The translations under genes were made by a program, and so were the position numbers. From UHGV virus genome UHGV-1353888: a stretch of 64,000 bases of DNA; one strand, given 5' to 3'. This DNA comes from a virus. Within the stretch, counting starts at the first letter, position 1. Every line of letters begins with the position of its first letter. Below are positions 39,234 through 48,144 of the stretch, piece after piece. The notes under the pieces were generated by a model. It saw nothing but the letters and a program-made list of their open reading frames with translations, searched no databases and had not been told where the DNA came from.

Positions 39234-39713
39234 TTATGTCAAGGACAAAATTCCGTAGATAGGTAGACGGTGAAAGAGTTGCAGGGTGAATGGCAATCCT
39301 CTTCCTCTATCATCTATCTCAAAGATGATACCATTCTTATAAGCGAAAAGGAAGAGGCAGGTGTCGAGAGCTTCTGATAGTTTCCTTGGTCGTGGAATGC
39401 CCTGGGGATTTTCCCTGAATAAGAGAACCATCCCCCCTTCATTCATTTCCTCCATAGCTCTGGCAAGGGAATTTTCCCACACGATAGTTGCTTCTACTTC
39501 TTCAAGCTGGGTGAGTGCAGGGATAGTATGTGTAAGGTGTTGTATATGGTTGTCCCTTAAATCCCAATCAAACATGAGGAACATAGCTGGGTGGAATTCT
39601 TTCCGGGGACATACCAGCACAGTCCCCTCCTTGCTCAGGAAAATAAAGTTTGATTCATCGTCTTTGAAACGATAGATGGTCTTAGGTGAGAGGGATAAGT
39701 GGATGTTGTTCAT
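39234..39713 (-). CDS. Hypothetical protein, paralog of 39924-40406
   Basis: Start set at the internal ATG (MNNIHLSL). Shares the motif CPRKEFHPAMF with its paralog. The arrangement TAAtATG couples it to the upstream gene. Confidence 0.45.
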   Translation of the reverse strand: MNNIHLSLSPKTIYRFKDDESNFIFLSKEGTVLVCPRKEFHPAMFLMFDWDLRDNHIQHLTHTIPALTQLEEVEATIVWENSLARAMEEMNEGGMVLLFRENPQGIPRPRKLSEALDTCLFLFAYKNGIIFEIDDRGRGLPFTLQLFHRLPIYGILSLT

Positions 39714-39714
39714 A

Positions 39715-39924
39715 TTATTTCCATTCAAATTTTCCAAAGTAAAGAGAGGTGTGTAGTCCCATCGGAACAACCTGTTCTTCTGTTCTGATGAAGAAGGAAT
39801 CAACGCCTCCGCCGTAGAAGATAGGGTTGCTCAAGGGTTCCTGTCTGTTGCTTGGGGTGAAGAGAATGAGTCTTCCCCAATTGTTCTGGTCCTTTAGTTC
39901 GATGATTAGTTCGTGATAGTTCAT
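39715..39924 (-). CDS. Small hypothetical protein
   Basis: 69-aa ORF sandwiched between the two paralogs. Confidence 0.35.
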   Translation of the reverse strand: MNYHELIIELKDQNNWGRLILFTPSNRQEPLSNPIFYGGGVDSFFIRTEEQVVPMGLHTSLYFGKFEWK

Positions 39925-40406
39925 TACTTTGAGGTGGGTAGAATTACTACTTTGAAAAGTTGAAGGTAGTGATGATAGGTGAAAAGGATTATGTCCATCC
40001 AGTCGTCATCCTCCTTGTTGTACAGGGTAATCCTACCATCAGGCTCAACCCGTATCACATCCAAGGTGTTCCCGCAAAGCTCCAGGGTTGGGGAAGGAAC
40101 ATTTTCGTATGTGCAAAACATAGACTTTGCGAACCCGATGTCGAGTAAGGCCAGTCCCTCGTCGAAAGAAAGGGGAAGAGAAAGGATGGGGTCAATCGTC
40201 GTGCTGTGAATGTACCCATTAATATTTTCACTGCATCCCTCCTGGAGAAGTTTTTTCCTGCTAGAAAAGAACATAGCTGGGTGGAAGGACTTCCGTTCAC
40301 AGGAGAATATCTTCTCGTGGTGGTTCTTGAAAACCAGCTTGCTTGAATCCGTGGTCTCATACAAGGTGTATGGCTTGAGGATTGTTTCGATAATTGTGTC
40401 GCTCAT
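39924..40406 (-). CDS. Hypothetical protein, paralog of 39234-39713
   Basis: Start at the internal ATG (MSDTIIETI), about 50 nt downstream of the promoter motif. Shares the CERKSFHPAMF motif. Confidence 0.45.
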   Translation of the reverse strand: MSDTIIETILKPYTLYETTDSSKLVFKNHHEKIFSCERKSFHPAMFFSSRKKLLQEGCSENINGYIHSTTIDPILSLPLSFDEGLALLDIGFAKSMFCTYENVPSPTLELCGNTLDVIRVEPDGRITLYNKEDDDWMDIILFTYHHYLQLFKVVILPTSK

Positions 40407-40452
40407 TGTTACTGGACTATAGCAGGGGAGATTAAAATGTAAGGGGTCTCTT

Positions 40453-40498
40453 GTGTCATACAAAATAAAACCCCAGGAACGCGCCAACGTTCCTGGGG
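40453..40498 (-). terminator. Terminator hairpin followed on the - strand by the TTTTATTTTGTATGACACAAG motif (terminator-promoter module)
   Basis: Perfect 11-bp stem CCCCAGGAACG/CGTTCCTGGGG. On the - strand it is followed by TTTTATTTTGTATGACACAAGAG, about 50 nt before the ATG. Confidence 0.55.
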
Positions 40499-40655
40499 TA
40501 GGTGTATTCATGTATTAGCCGCAAAAATTTTAGTGTAACAATTCGTCAACTAGTTCGTAGCAATAGGGGGTATAAAGATGGTTGAACTCAGGTGAGGTGT
40601 TGAGTAAGTGCAGAGGGAAAGGGTTGGGTGGAGCCGATGGATTCAAGAAACTGTT

Positions 40656-41150
40656 TCATGATACTAAATGGAATAAGGTTTTTGTATGTTTGGCCACGGG
40701 GAAAGCATTTGCTTCATCATGCACGGGTTCGAGTACACCTACTTCATTTACAGTCAGGTCCCTCACTTCCCAAAGGAAGCCATCTCTACCCACGTAAACA
40801 AAACGATAACGAATATCCTTATAGTCTGGTGGCTTAGGTACAGAGTTGGATTCCGGAGAATAGGTATCGTATGCAAAGATTCCTTTATTGGAATTAATGA
40901 CATCATTCAAGGTCTTGTTAAAATCCCAGGAAGGTTTCTGTGTGCGGTATTCAATATTCCCTTGAAGGATAGACCAATAGATATACCCTGTGAAAGTGTC
41001 ATGTGGTTTCCCAGCTATGACTTTAATTACATTCTTTTCCATATCATACTGATATACTACGCTGGGGTCGCCAGTGATATGGAAGGGACCCAGGCTTGCA
41101 TAAAGCAATTGAAGGGCACGAGCTATTTTCTTAGGGTCTTCTCTAGACAT
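40656..41150 (-). CDS. Hypothetical protein
   Basis: 164-aa ORF. Confidence 0.4.
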   Translation of the reverse strand: MSREDPKKIARALQLLYASLGPFHITGDPSVVYQYDMEKNVIKVIAGKPHDTFTGYIYWSILQGNIEYRTQKPSWDFNKTLNDVINSNKGIFAYDTYSPESNSVPKPPDYKDIRYRFVYVGRDGFLWEVRDLTVNEVGVLEPVHDEANAFPVAKHTKTLFHLVS

Positions 41151-41661
41151 TGTGGCTGGAATAAATTTGAGTTGAAGCGGGCGAAGCGTTCGTATCGTCC
41201 TCCATCAGTTTGATTTTATTTACTAGAGCGGTGAGGTCACGTCGTACATTTCGGAATTCCTGGCTGATATTAATCGTGTCACTCTCCATATCGAGATACA
41301 TGGCGTGAACCATGCGAATAATAATCAGGTCCTCCGCTCGCTTGTCAATAGAAGGGGAAGCCATTGAGCGGAGGAACCGAGCCATGTTCATCATGAACTT
41401 TGAATTGCTCTTGATTCCCTGCCAGTGGTTCATGAAATCGTTCAGGTAGAATAGGGCCTTGCTCACATCTTCCCTACGCTTACGTTGTCCACCCTTGAGT
41501 CCACTCCGCCAGAGATACTTGATGCAGTTGCCCATATCAAAGGGAAGGTAACGGGTAAGCTCAATACATTCCATGCCCGAGGGGTGGGAAGTGTAGTGGC
41601 TGGGATGGTTAACGATAGACTGGTTGTCAAGGATAGATTCGATTACGTCTTTTTGATTCAT
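41143..41661 (-). CDS. DUF3310-family protein
   Basis: N-terminal pattern VNHPSHY...GMECIEL...GNCIKYLWRSGLKG...EDVSKALFYL matches the conserved DUF3310 motif set (HPxHY, NxxKYxxR, DLxKAxxYL). Confidence 0.55.
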   Translation of the reverse strand: MNQKDVIESILDNQSIVNHPSHYTSHPSGMECIELTRYLPFDMGNCIKYLWRSGLKGGQRKRREDVSKALFYLNDFMNHWQGIKSNSKFMMNMARFLRSMASPSIDKRAEDLIIIRMVHAMYLDMESDTINISQEFRNVRRDLTALVNKIKLMEDDTNASPASTQIYSSHNV

Positions 41662-41692
41662 GTATTATTGTTTGGTTGAGTAGGGGAAAGTA

Positions 41693-41854
41693 TTAGTCGT
41701 GAATTCCGAGGGCTTCTCCGATTAGGCAGGAGCAGGTCCCCATGAATAAAAGGAGACAGAAGGCCGTCTGATTATAGGGGAGGTCTCCCGAACGGGCATC
41801 CATTAATGTTAGGGATACGCCCGTTAAGAGAAGGATATGCAGGGTTTTAGCCAT
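41693..41854 (-). CDS. Small membrane protein (uncertain)
   Basis: Internal ATG (MAKTLHILLLTGVSLT...), 2 nt after the upstream stop. Hydrophobic. Confidence 0.3.
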   Translation of the reverse strand: MAKTLHILLLTGVSLTLMDARSGDLPYNQTAFCLLLFMGTCSCLIGEALGIHD

Positions 41855-42155
41855 TAACGTAGTTGTCAATATCTTCCTGGATAGCCCAGGCTTCCTCATA
41901 ATAACGGATTTGAATATTGCAAAGCTTCTTGAACGCGAAGAACGTTAAGACCAAATAGAGCGCATAGGCCGAGACGAACGTTACGTAAGAGATGAAGTTC
42001 TTAGGGGTCATAACGAGTATAAGAAACACTACGATGAAGATGGTAACATCCAGGAGAGCCAGCATGGACATCCAGTCTCCAATTTTACGTGCTCTCATTT
42101 CGTGTTGTTCCTTGAGCTTTACTTTGTTGTCAATGATTGATTGGTTGGTTGTCAT
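41847..42155 (-). CDS. Small membrane protein with two predicted TM segments
   Basis: 102 aa; segments LALLDVTIFIVVFLILVMT and FVSAYALYLVLTFFAF. Confidence 0.45.
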   Translation of the reverse strand: MTTNQSIIDNKVKLKEQHEMRARKIGDWMSMLALLDVTIFIVVFLILVMTPKNFISYVTFVSAYALYLVLTFFAFKKLCNIQIRYYEEAWAIQEDIDNYVNG

Positions 42156-42210
42156 TTCGAGGTAACTTTATCAGATGGATTTAATATTGCAAGACTTTTC
42201 TTTGTCAATT

Positions 42211-42468
42211 TTATAACTTACTAAGATTTAATTGGAAGGATAATATTCCCAGGCGAGGGAGAAATAGTCTCACCCCATTGCACCTATCTAAAATAGGATT
42301 GAGCAGATGAATCTTTGTGAGGGCCTTATTAATTGAAAGGGTTGTTATTGACCACCCTATTCTATACATGGCTTCATCAATTTTTTCAATGTGGTCTGGC
42401 TGAGGGAATCCTATTCCCGTTAATGAGTTGGTAATCTTTTTTGTTGCTTTCTCTTTATCGGTATTCAT
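42211..42468 (-). CDS. Hypothetical protein
   Basis: 85-aa ORF. Confidence 0.35.
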   Translation of the reverse strand: MNTDKEKATKKITNSLTGIGFPQPDHIEKIDEAMYRIGWSITTLSINKALTKIHLLNPILDRCNGVRLFLPRLGILSFQLNLSKL

Positions 42469-42491
42469 AGAACCTCTATTCTACCACAGTT

Positions 42492-42851
42492 CTAATCATC
42501 ATTCAATTCTTTTGTTATGATGTCAATGCTTGTTTTGCAGTCAGACAATAATACTTTCTTTTCATCAGCCATTTCCTTGGGAACCTGCGTACCCCGGACC
42601 TTGGCTTCGAGACTAGTAACCCTGTCGAGTATGGAACGAAGGGATTTGATTGCCGCAGGAGTGTCCAGGTTGGCCTTCCACATTTGCTCAGTCTCTGCTA
42701 TCTTAATGACATAGATGAACAGGTCAGACCGGAGGGTGTAGAAATACCGGGCTTGGTTGGCTTGGGATATTACTTCTTCAAGATGGTCCGCATGAAGGGG
42801 GCCAGAAAGAAGAATGGCTATAGCTGATATTAGTGGGGTTGGTTTCTTCAT
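42492..42851 (-). CDS. Small secreted protein with an N-terminal signal peptide
   Basis: MKKPTPLISAIAILLSGPLHA followed by a polar helical domain. ATGA overlap with the upstream gene. Confidence 0.45.
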   Translation of the reverse strand: MKKPTPLISAIAILLSGPLHADHLEEVISQANQARYFYTLRSDLFIYVIKIAETEQMWKANLDTPAAIKSLRSILDRVTSLEAKVRGTQVPKEMADEKKVLLSDCKTSIDIITKELNDD

Positions 42852-43300
42852 TTTCGGTGTGCTTGTAAAATGGCTAGTTCGTGGGATTCAAAGTATGAGG
42901 TATTTACGTGGGAACATATTTCTCCATCAGTGATTTCAGTCCATGCCAACTCATAACCGCGGGCCTTGTCGAGAGCTTCTTCCATTGCTTCTTTGTCTTC
43001 CCCAAACTCACTGGGTTTATCTATGTATTCCTTTGAGTTTCGTATTATCTCAATGGCAGTCCATAAGGAATCAGTGATGGTAAAGTAACGAAGTTCCTGG
43101 TCGAAATCCATCTTTCCAAATCCGCTATAGAGAGCAACTACGTAGTTTCCTGGAAGTCCCGCGGCTCTGGTCAACAGGAAAGTAATCTTCGGTTCGCCTG
43201 GAATGGGGGCCTCTTCTACTTCCTGCTCCAGGCTGGGCTTAAACTGAATGTCTAGTTCAATCATCTTTGAGCAGTGGGGACACGGTATTTGATTTGTCAT
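42848..43300 (-). CDS. Hypothetical protein with an N-terminal CxxC
   Basis: 150 aa; CPHCSKMIELD at the N-terminus. Confidence 0.4.
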   Translation of the reverse strand: MTNQIPCPHCSKMIELDIQFKPSLEQEVEEAPIPGEPKITFLLTRAAGLPGNYVVALYSGFGKMDFDQELRYFTITDSLWTAIEIIRNSKEYIDKPSEFGEDKEAMEEALDKARGYELAWTEITDGEICSHVNTSYFESHELAILQAHRK

Positions 43301-43659
43301 TGTGCTTCCTCCTTTTGTTTGAGTTCTTCCAGGAGAACCTCCTCATTGCCCACCTGTATATTTTGAGTGTTCAGGTTGATAATCTTCCTATGCCCATCAC
43401 CTGTGTAATTTAGTTCAGCCAGATAGATGTCATGTTCGAATAATTGCCATGCTCTTTTCCTCTTTTCATAGGTTCCAAAGATGTCACTAGGCCAGTTGCC
43501 TACATTCTCTCGGTCTTCAACAAGAGAGATAGCTTCCTCCAATGTATTCACAACCGTCAGGTATTCTAGTTTAATAATGCGGCCTACCTCTTTGTAGATG
43601 ACTACACGGAAATAATTACCTGGGGTACGATAGATTGAAAATGTAAGTTGTGGGTTCAT
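43297..43659 (-). CDS. Paralog-family protein, copy 1 (TFxIYRT...FRVxIFKE...TLEEAI family)
   Basis: MNPQLTFSIYRTPGNYFRVVIYKE...NTLEEAISLVEDRENVGNWPSDIFG. 4-nt ATGA overlaps on both sides. Confidence 0.55.
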   Translation of the reverse strand: MNPQLTFSIYRTPGNYFRVVIYKEVGRIIKLEYLTVVNTLEEAISLVEDRENVGNWPSDIFGTYEKRKRAWQLFEHDIYLAELNYTGDGHRKIINLNTQNIQVGNEEVLLEELKQKEEAQ

Positions 43660-44015
43660 TTCTTGCTCAGTTCTCTCTTTTTGAATTCCATGAGAAGGTC
43701 AAACTCTTTTTCATCCATAAGGTTTACGGCGATGTTATAGACTACTCCCCGGCCAGCGTAGATGCAAGCTTCCATGAGAAGTGCCGCGTCATCATTAGGT
43801 ACATTCTTAAAGAAAATCCATCTGTCTTCATCATCATCAAACCCATCGTCTGGTCGTTTCTTGTAGTTATTCCTGTCTTCCGCTACCTGGATAGCTTCCT
43901 CCAGTGTATCAACTACTTCAATATGTTTAGTAAGGAAAACCAGGGTGTCTTCTTTGAAAATACTTACCCTGAACTTGTTCTTTTTGGTTCGGTGAATTGA
44001 AAAAGTTAATATCAT
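43656..44015 (-). CDS. Paralog-family protein, copy 2
   Basis: MILTFSIHRTKKNKFRVSIFKED...VDTLEEAIQVAEDRNNYKKRPDDGFDDDEDRW. Confidence 0.55.
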   Translation of the reverse strand: MILTFSIHRTKKNKFRVSIFKEDTLVFLTKHIEVVDTLEEAIQVAEDRNNYKKRPDDGFDDDEDRWIFFKNVPNDDAALLMEACIYAGRGVVYNIAVNLMDEKEFDLLMEFKKRELSKK

Positions 44016-44368
44016 TTATTCTCTCCTTCCATTTCGGCTTGACATTTCATAAGTAGGGAAAGCTCTTTCCGGTTTACATGGCTCTCGTATAGAGCGTATT
44101 GTATTTCTTTGTTGTGGTCTACATAGCATTCCAAGAGAGCACGGTCATACTCAGTGCGTCTCCAGAATTCACGTCTATCTTCATCCGTTTCAAAGCCGTC
44201 ACTCAGTCGGTTCTTATAATGCTTCCTGTCCTTGGCCAAGGCGATAGCTTCCTCTAGCGTATCAACCACCTCAATGTGTTTGATGGCGAACGAGAGAGCG
44301 TCTTCTTTGAAAACAATGACCTTGAATTTATTATCGTTGGTCCTATAGATTGTAAAAGTTAATTTCAT
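44012..44368 (-). CDS. Paralog-family protein, copy 3
   Basis: MKLTFTIYRTNDNKFKVIVFKED...VDTLEEAIALAKDRKHYKNRLSDGFETDEDRREFW. Confidence 0.55.
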   Translation of the reverse strand: MKLTFTIYRTNDNKFKVIVFKEDALSFAIKHIEVVDTLEEAIALAKDRKHYKNRLSDGFETDEDRREFWRRTEYDRALLECYVDHNKEIQYALYESHVNRKELSLLMKCQAEMEGENK

Positions 44369-44700
44369 TTGTCTAGTAGGGTTTTAAGGAGGGAGTATTC
44401 ATTAGAGTCAAGAAGGTAGTCACCGTAGATTTTATATTCTAAATCCCCTTCGTCATTAATCCAGGTTACTATTAGGGGTGGGTCTGTATTTGTCATCCAG
44501 AAACTATTTCGAGCAGGGTCCGTTTTGAATTTATCATCAGGTTTCTTCTCCAAGCTATCCCATTCTTTCACCAGTTGAACAGCCTGTTTCAAGGTATCAA
44601 ATTCATCAATGTATAGGGGGTAGGACTGATACCTGTCTTCTTCGAAAATAATTACTCGGAAGTTGCCTTCATCAGTTCGTAATATATCGTAGGTTTTCAT
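44365..44700 (-). CDS. Paralog-family protein, copy 4
   Basis: MKTYDILRTDEGNFRVIIFEED...FDTLKQAVQLVKEWDSLEKKPDDKFKTD. Confidence 0.55.
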   Translation of the reverse strand: MKTYDILRTDEGNFRVIIFEEDRYQSYPLYIDEFDTLKQAVQLVKEWDSLEKKPDDKFKTDPARNSFWMTNTDPPLIVTWINDEGDLEYKIYGDYLLDSNEYSLLKTLLDK

Positions 44701-45047
44701 TGGGGTAATTCTTTCTCTATAAATTCAATAAGCTTGGTAAGTTCGTCAGGGTCTACTCTAGACTGATACAGGTTACATGCAATTTGGTTGTCCGTATTCA
44801 CATAAAATTCCAGAAGCTCCACATCTCTGAGTAAACTTCTCCATATGTCTTCCCTTTCATCATCAGATTCATAGCCATCATCCAGCAGGTCCCGATAATC
44901 TTCCCTGTGTCTGGCTATCCATAATGCTTCATCCAAGGTATAGGTTGTTGCCATGTGCTTGACATAGAAGTTCCTACTATCTTCTTTGAAAATAAAAACC
45001 CGGAACCTATTGTTAGGGGTTCTATAAAGGGTGAATGTAATTTTCAT
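44697..45047 (-). CDS. Paralog-family protein, copy 5
   Basis: MKITFTLYRTPNNRFRVFIFKED...YTLDEALWIARHREDYRDLLDDGYESDDEREDIW. Confidence 0.55.
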   Translation of the reverse strand: MKITFTLYRTPNNRFRVFIFKEDSRNFYVKHMATTYTLDEALWIARHREDYRDLLDDGYESDDEREDIWRSLLRDVELLEFYVNTDNQIACNLYQSRVDPDELTKLIEFIEKELPQ

Positions 45048-45382
45048 TTTAAAAAGGCATCTGCAATTTGTTTTCTTTGAGTGAGCTTAACCTCCCGAAT
45101 AGTGAAGCCAAGTCTTTCCTTAAACGTATATACCGTGGAATAGGCCATCTTGTTTTTGCAGGGATAATAAGTAAGAAGCGTTCCCATTCTTGAGACATTA
45201 TCAAAGCCGTCACTCGGCCACTCCTTGTAAGTATCCCTACCCTTAATGAGCGAGATGGCCTCCTCGAACGAATCCATATACTGGACGAGATGGACACAGT
45301 TTCGATGGGTAGCCGTCTCTTCGAACAAGAAAATACTATAGTACGAATCGTCCATTTCGTACAGTTCAAACGTTATGTGCAT
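45044..45382 (-). CDS. Paralog-family protein, copy 6
   Basis: MHITFELYEMDDSYYSIFLFEE...MDSFEEAISLIKGRDTYKEWPSDGFDN. Confidence 0.5.
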   Translation of the reverse strand: MHITFELYEMDDSYYSIFLFEETATHRNCVHLVQYMDSFEEAISLIKGRDTYKEWPSDGFDNVSRMGTLLTYYPCKNKMAYSTVYTFKERLGFTIREVKLTQRKQIADAFLK

Positions 45383-45738
45383 TAGATTAAAGAAGGGGTT
45401 TAAGGGATTTATAAATACTGGAATTAACCGCGGCGGGATAAATATGTTTGACTATTTTGGTAAATCCCATTGCTGGTTTAACGCTAGTCTGAACAAGAAA
45501 CTTTGTACTTCTCCTGGAGTATAACCTCTGCACATTAGCAGGATAGATTACATCGGGGAGGGTAGTGTTTACGTCAAAGGTAGAGTATAGATTCTTAATG
45601 TACGTAATGGCCTCTTCGAGCGAATAGGTCTATAGCCATCCTTAGCCGTCAAGAGCAAATCGTAGGTTAAGTATTTTTCTTCTTCGTTCATATGTCTTAC
45701 TATAGTATGTGATTTTTAAATGTCGAGATTATTTTTTG

Positions 45739-46536
45739 TCATTCTCTTTCAAGAAACTTAATCTCGTCGTATTTTGATTTGACTTTTTCAAGGAAGGATT
45801 TGAGCATAGTTCTTTCTAATTTGGTAGCCGTCCTTGGGAGCCTAAAGTGATTCAGGGTTTGTCCTGTATGTCCTTTCTTTCCAGAGTTCTCATTAACAAG
45901 AGATACCATAACAGGAATACGGGAGGTGTTGCTTACCCTGAAATAGGTGTGTTGGTCAGGTGTCCCGTTAATATCTACAAAATTTATATCCTCAATCCTT
46001 TTCATAACTTCCTCCAATGTTTTGAAGATACTACTCTCGATAGCTTGGGAAGATGTGGTCGTTTCCCTGTAGAAAGTGAGAGCATACTTGTCTTCTAGCT
46101 GTAGATAATGCACGGAGAAGGTTACATGGATTCCATTATCCTTACGGTTTTCCCTCTCAATAAAAGCCTTGGTTTCATCATATAGTTCGGTTACTTTCAG
46201 CCATTCGTCAAGAGAAGGAGGGCCCTCCTGGTATTCACCTATGAATACTTCGAGTTGTCCTATGTCGCTAAGACAAAGCTCAACCAGAACATGAAGATTC
46301 TTAAAACGAAGGAATTCTTTGGTGGCTTCTATCTCGCTTCCATATGTACAAAAAGTAATGAGGTTCCTGCTCTTGCAAAACTTAATGACATAATCCAGTT
46401 TCTTATGGCTTATAATCCCCAAAACTTTGAAGGAATACATGGCGGAAGAAGTCGTCTCTTCGGTTGCTACCCCCACATACTTTTTTGATTGGGGGTGATA
46501 GTACAGGCCAAAGGTAATGTGTTTCAAGTTCTTCAT
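45739..46536 (-). CDS. Two-domain fusion homolog of the paralog family
   Basis: Start at the internal ATG (MKNLKHITFGLYYHP...KYVGVATEE). A second domain, IHVTFSVHYLQLEDKYALTFYRE...KTLEEVMKRIED, also matches the family pattern. Confidence 0.45.
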   Translation of the reverse strand: MKNLKHITFGLYYHPQSKKYVGVATEETTSSAMYSFKVLGIISHKKLDYVIKFCKSRNLITFCTYGSEIEATKEFLRFKNLHVLVELCLSDIGQLEVFIGEYQEGPPSLDEWLKVTELYDETKAFIERENRKDNGIHVTFSVHYLQLEDKYALTFYRETTTSSQAIESSIFKTLEEVMKRIEDINFVDINGTPDQHTYFRVSNTSRIPVMVSLVNENSGKKGHTGQTLNHFRLPRTATKLERTMLKSFLEKVKSKYDEIKFLERE

Positions 46537-46541
46537 TTTAA

Positions 46542-47123
46542 TTATAGGGGCATTCTTGAAACGATGGTGAGTTCCTTGGAAAGAATAACGGAGGCCCATG
46601 AGAGGCGCATATACTTTGCAAGTTCCGTCAGGAGGTTGAGGCTCAAACAAGCGGTATTTCCAAGCCGTCTTTCGGGCTCTACTCCGTTCTTGTCCAGACT
46701 GATACTAAGGTGAAGAGCAAGGAAAGCCAGGGCCAGCTTTGGAAGATTCTCACATTCCTTTAGAAGGCTTGCCACCTGCTTTTTGTCCAACGTTGAATAA
46801 GAACTCCTGTTCTCCATGTCAATACCATGGCCGTGAATCTTGGCAAGGTTTTTATTGTAGCAATGCAAGGCGCGGGTGAATGAAGAGTTGAATACATGGT
46901 TCAAGTCCTTCCGGTGTTCACTACAGAACTCAATGGGGTTCTCAACCCGGCACAAAGTAATAGCATCCTGAATCAGAAATGCCTTAGAAGTTGCGGGAAC
47001 CATAAGGCCAAACAATACATTTTCAGGCGTTGTTTTTTCAGTATAGGCCCGTTCAATAAGAGCCTTGCTGGTTCCTTCTTCGGTAAAGGTGAATTCGTTT
47101 TCGGAAATATTATCGTTCATCAT
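46542..47123 (-). CDS. Hypothetical protein
   Basis: 193-aa ORF. Confidence 0.4.
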   Translation of the reverse strand: MMNDNISENEFTFTEEGTSKALIERAYTEKTTPENVLFGLMVPATSKAFLIQDAITLCRVENPIEFCSEHRKDLNHVFNSSFTRALHCYNKNLAKIHGHGIDMENRSSYSTLDKKQVASLLKECENLPKLALAFLALHLSISLDKNGVEPERRLGNTACLSLNLLTELAKYMRLSWASVILSKELTIVSRMPL

Positions 47124-47286
47124 TTTTGTATAGGTTATTAAGTAGGTTAATGTTGCTTTTAGGATTCTGTAGTTGCAGGATGGATTTTCTAAAAAATAGA
47201 ATGAGGGCTAGGCTAGCTGGAATCAATACCGCCAGAATGGACATGAATGCTATTAACAGTAGAACCAAGAAAAGAATCTTCATCAT
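47110..47286 (-). CDS. Small hydrophobic membrane peptide (58 aa), translationally coupled at both ends
   Basis: MMKILFLVLLLIAFMSILAVLIPASLALILFF.... Its start overlaps the upstream stop (ATGA) and its stop overlaps the downstream start. It is below the 60-aa cutoff of the ORF track. Confidence 0.4.
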   Translation of the reverse strand: MMKILFLVLLLIAFMSILAVLIPASLALILFFRKSILQLQNPKSNINLLNNLYKNDER

Positions 47287-47861
47287 AGAGTTATCTTGCT
47301 TGTGTCAAGTTTGTTCTTCAAATAATCCAGTTCACGGGGGGTTAACTTGTTAAATTGGAACACCTTAATTCTTTGTTCGTCAAGCATAAGAGGCTCTTTA
47401 TCATTAACAATAAGCCTTCTCTCCTTGTTGAGGGGTTTCCGGGTTATGGTGTTGATTTGTGAAAGAGTCCGCATAGCCACCCCGAAAGATTGCGCTTGAA
47501 AATGCCTGATTATTTTGTAAGTTGTACTATTATAAATCTGGACATACAATTTAGAGTCAGGCAAGCGGTGAATGCTGAAACTCTTTTCCGGAGACATAGG
47601 CGTAATTTGGTAGTCAATAATTAGGGAATCCCCTTCACGGACTACAAAGCCGTCAGTCAAATTCTCCAGCATTAAGTGCGCCATGGAGATAATGCAAGGT
47701 ACTGGATTGGCAAACCACACTTTCATTTTGTAATGGCAATTATATTCAGTCTTCATCTGCGTGCAACTAGGACCATATACCCTCACATCCTTACTACTGA
47801 AATAACAGAGGGTTAGAAGTTGAGACTGCCATGCACGAAGGCAGTTCATTTTATTTGTCAT
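47283..47861 (-). CDS. Hypothetical protein
   Basis: 192-aa ORF. Confidence 0.4.
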   Translation of the reverse strand: MTNKMNCLRAWQSQLLTLCYFSSKDVRVYGPSCTQMKTEYNCHYKMKVWFANPVPCIISMAHLMLENLTDGFVVREGDSLIIDYQITPMSPEKSFSIHRLPDSKLYVQIYNSTTYKIIRHFQAQSFGVAMRTLSQINTITRKPLNKERRLIVNDKEPLMLDEQRIKVFQFNKLTPRELDYLKNKLDTSKITL

Positions 47862-48144
47862 AATTTTTATTGAGTAGGCTATAAAGTTCTGTCCAGGTTT
47901 TTACTTCGTTGATAAGTTCCTTTTTGAAGAAGGCAACCCTTGCATAGGTTGGAGTGGCGATTAAGACCGCCATGCGGTGAGGTGAATGAAAAAGCCGTCT
48001 CTGAAATGTGGGGAAGAGTTCTTCCCTGTTAATGTGATAAAGCTCCACATAGACCACGGGAAAGGCATTGGAGATTTGTTTTTCTCTGCTCTCCTTCTTC
48101 CGGAACCCTATGCTTTCAAGCTCTAAAATGTAGCCGTCAATCAT
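47851..48144 (-). CDS. Hypothetical protein
   Basis: 97-aa ORF overlapping its neighbours by a few nt. Confidence 0.4.
   Translation of the reverse strand: MIDGYILELESIGFRKKESREKQISNAFPVVYVELYHINREELFPTFQRRLFHSPHRMAVLIATPTYARVAFFKKELINEVKTWTELYSLLNKNYDK

Noticed and set aside
45395-45690. Calling the decayed paralog copy as a feature
   Set aside because: Only an LEEAI-containing segment is recognisable and the reading frame is broken by a TAG. It is reported as part of the paralog-array finding rather than as a confident pseudogene.
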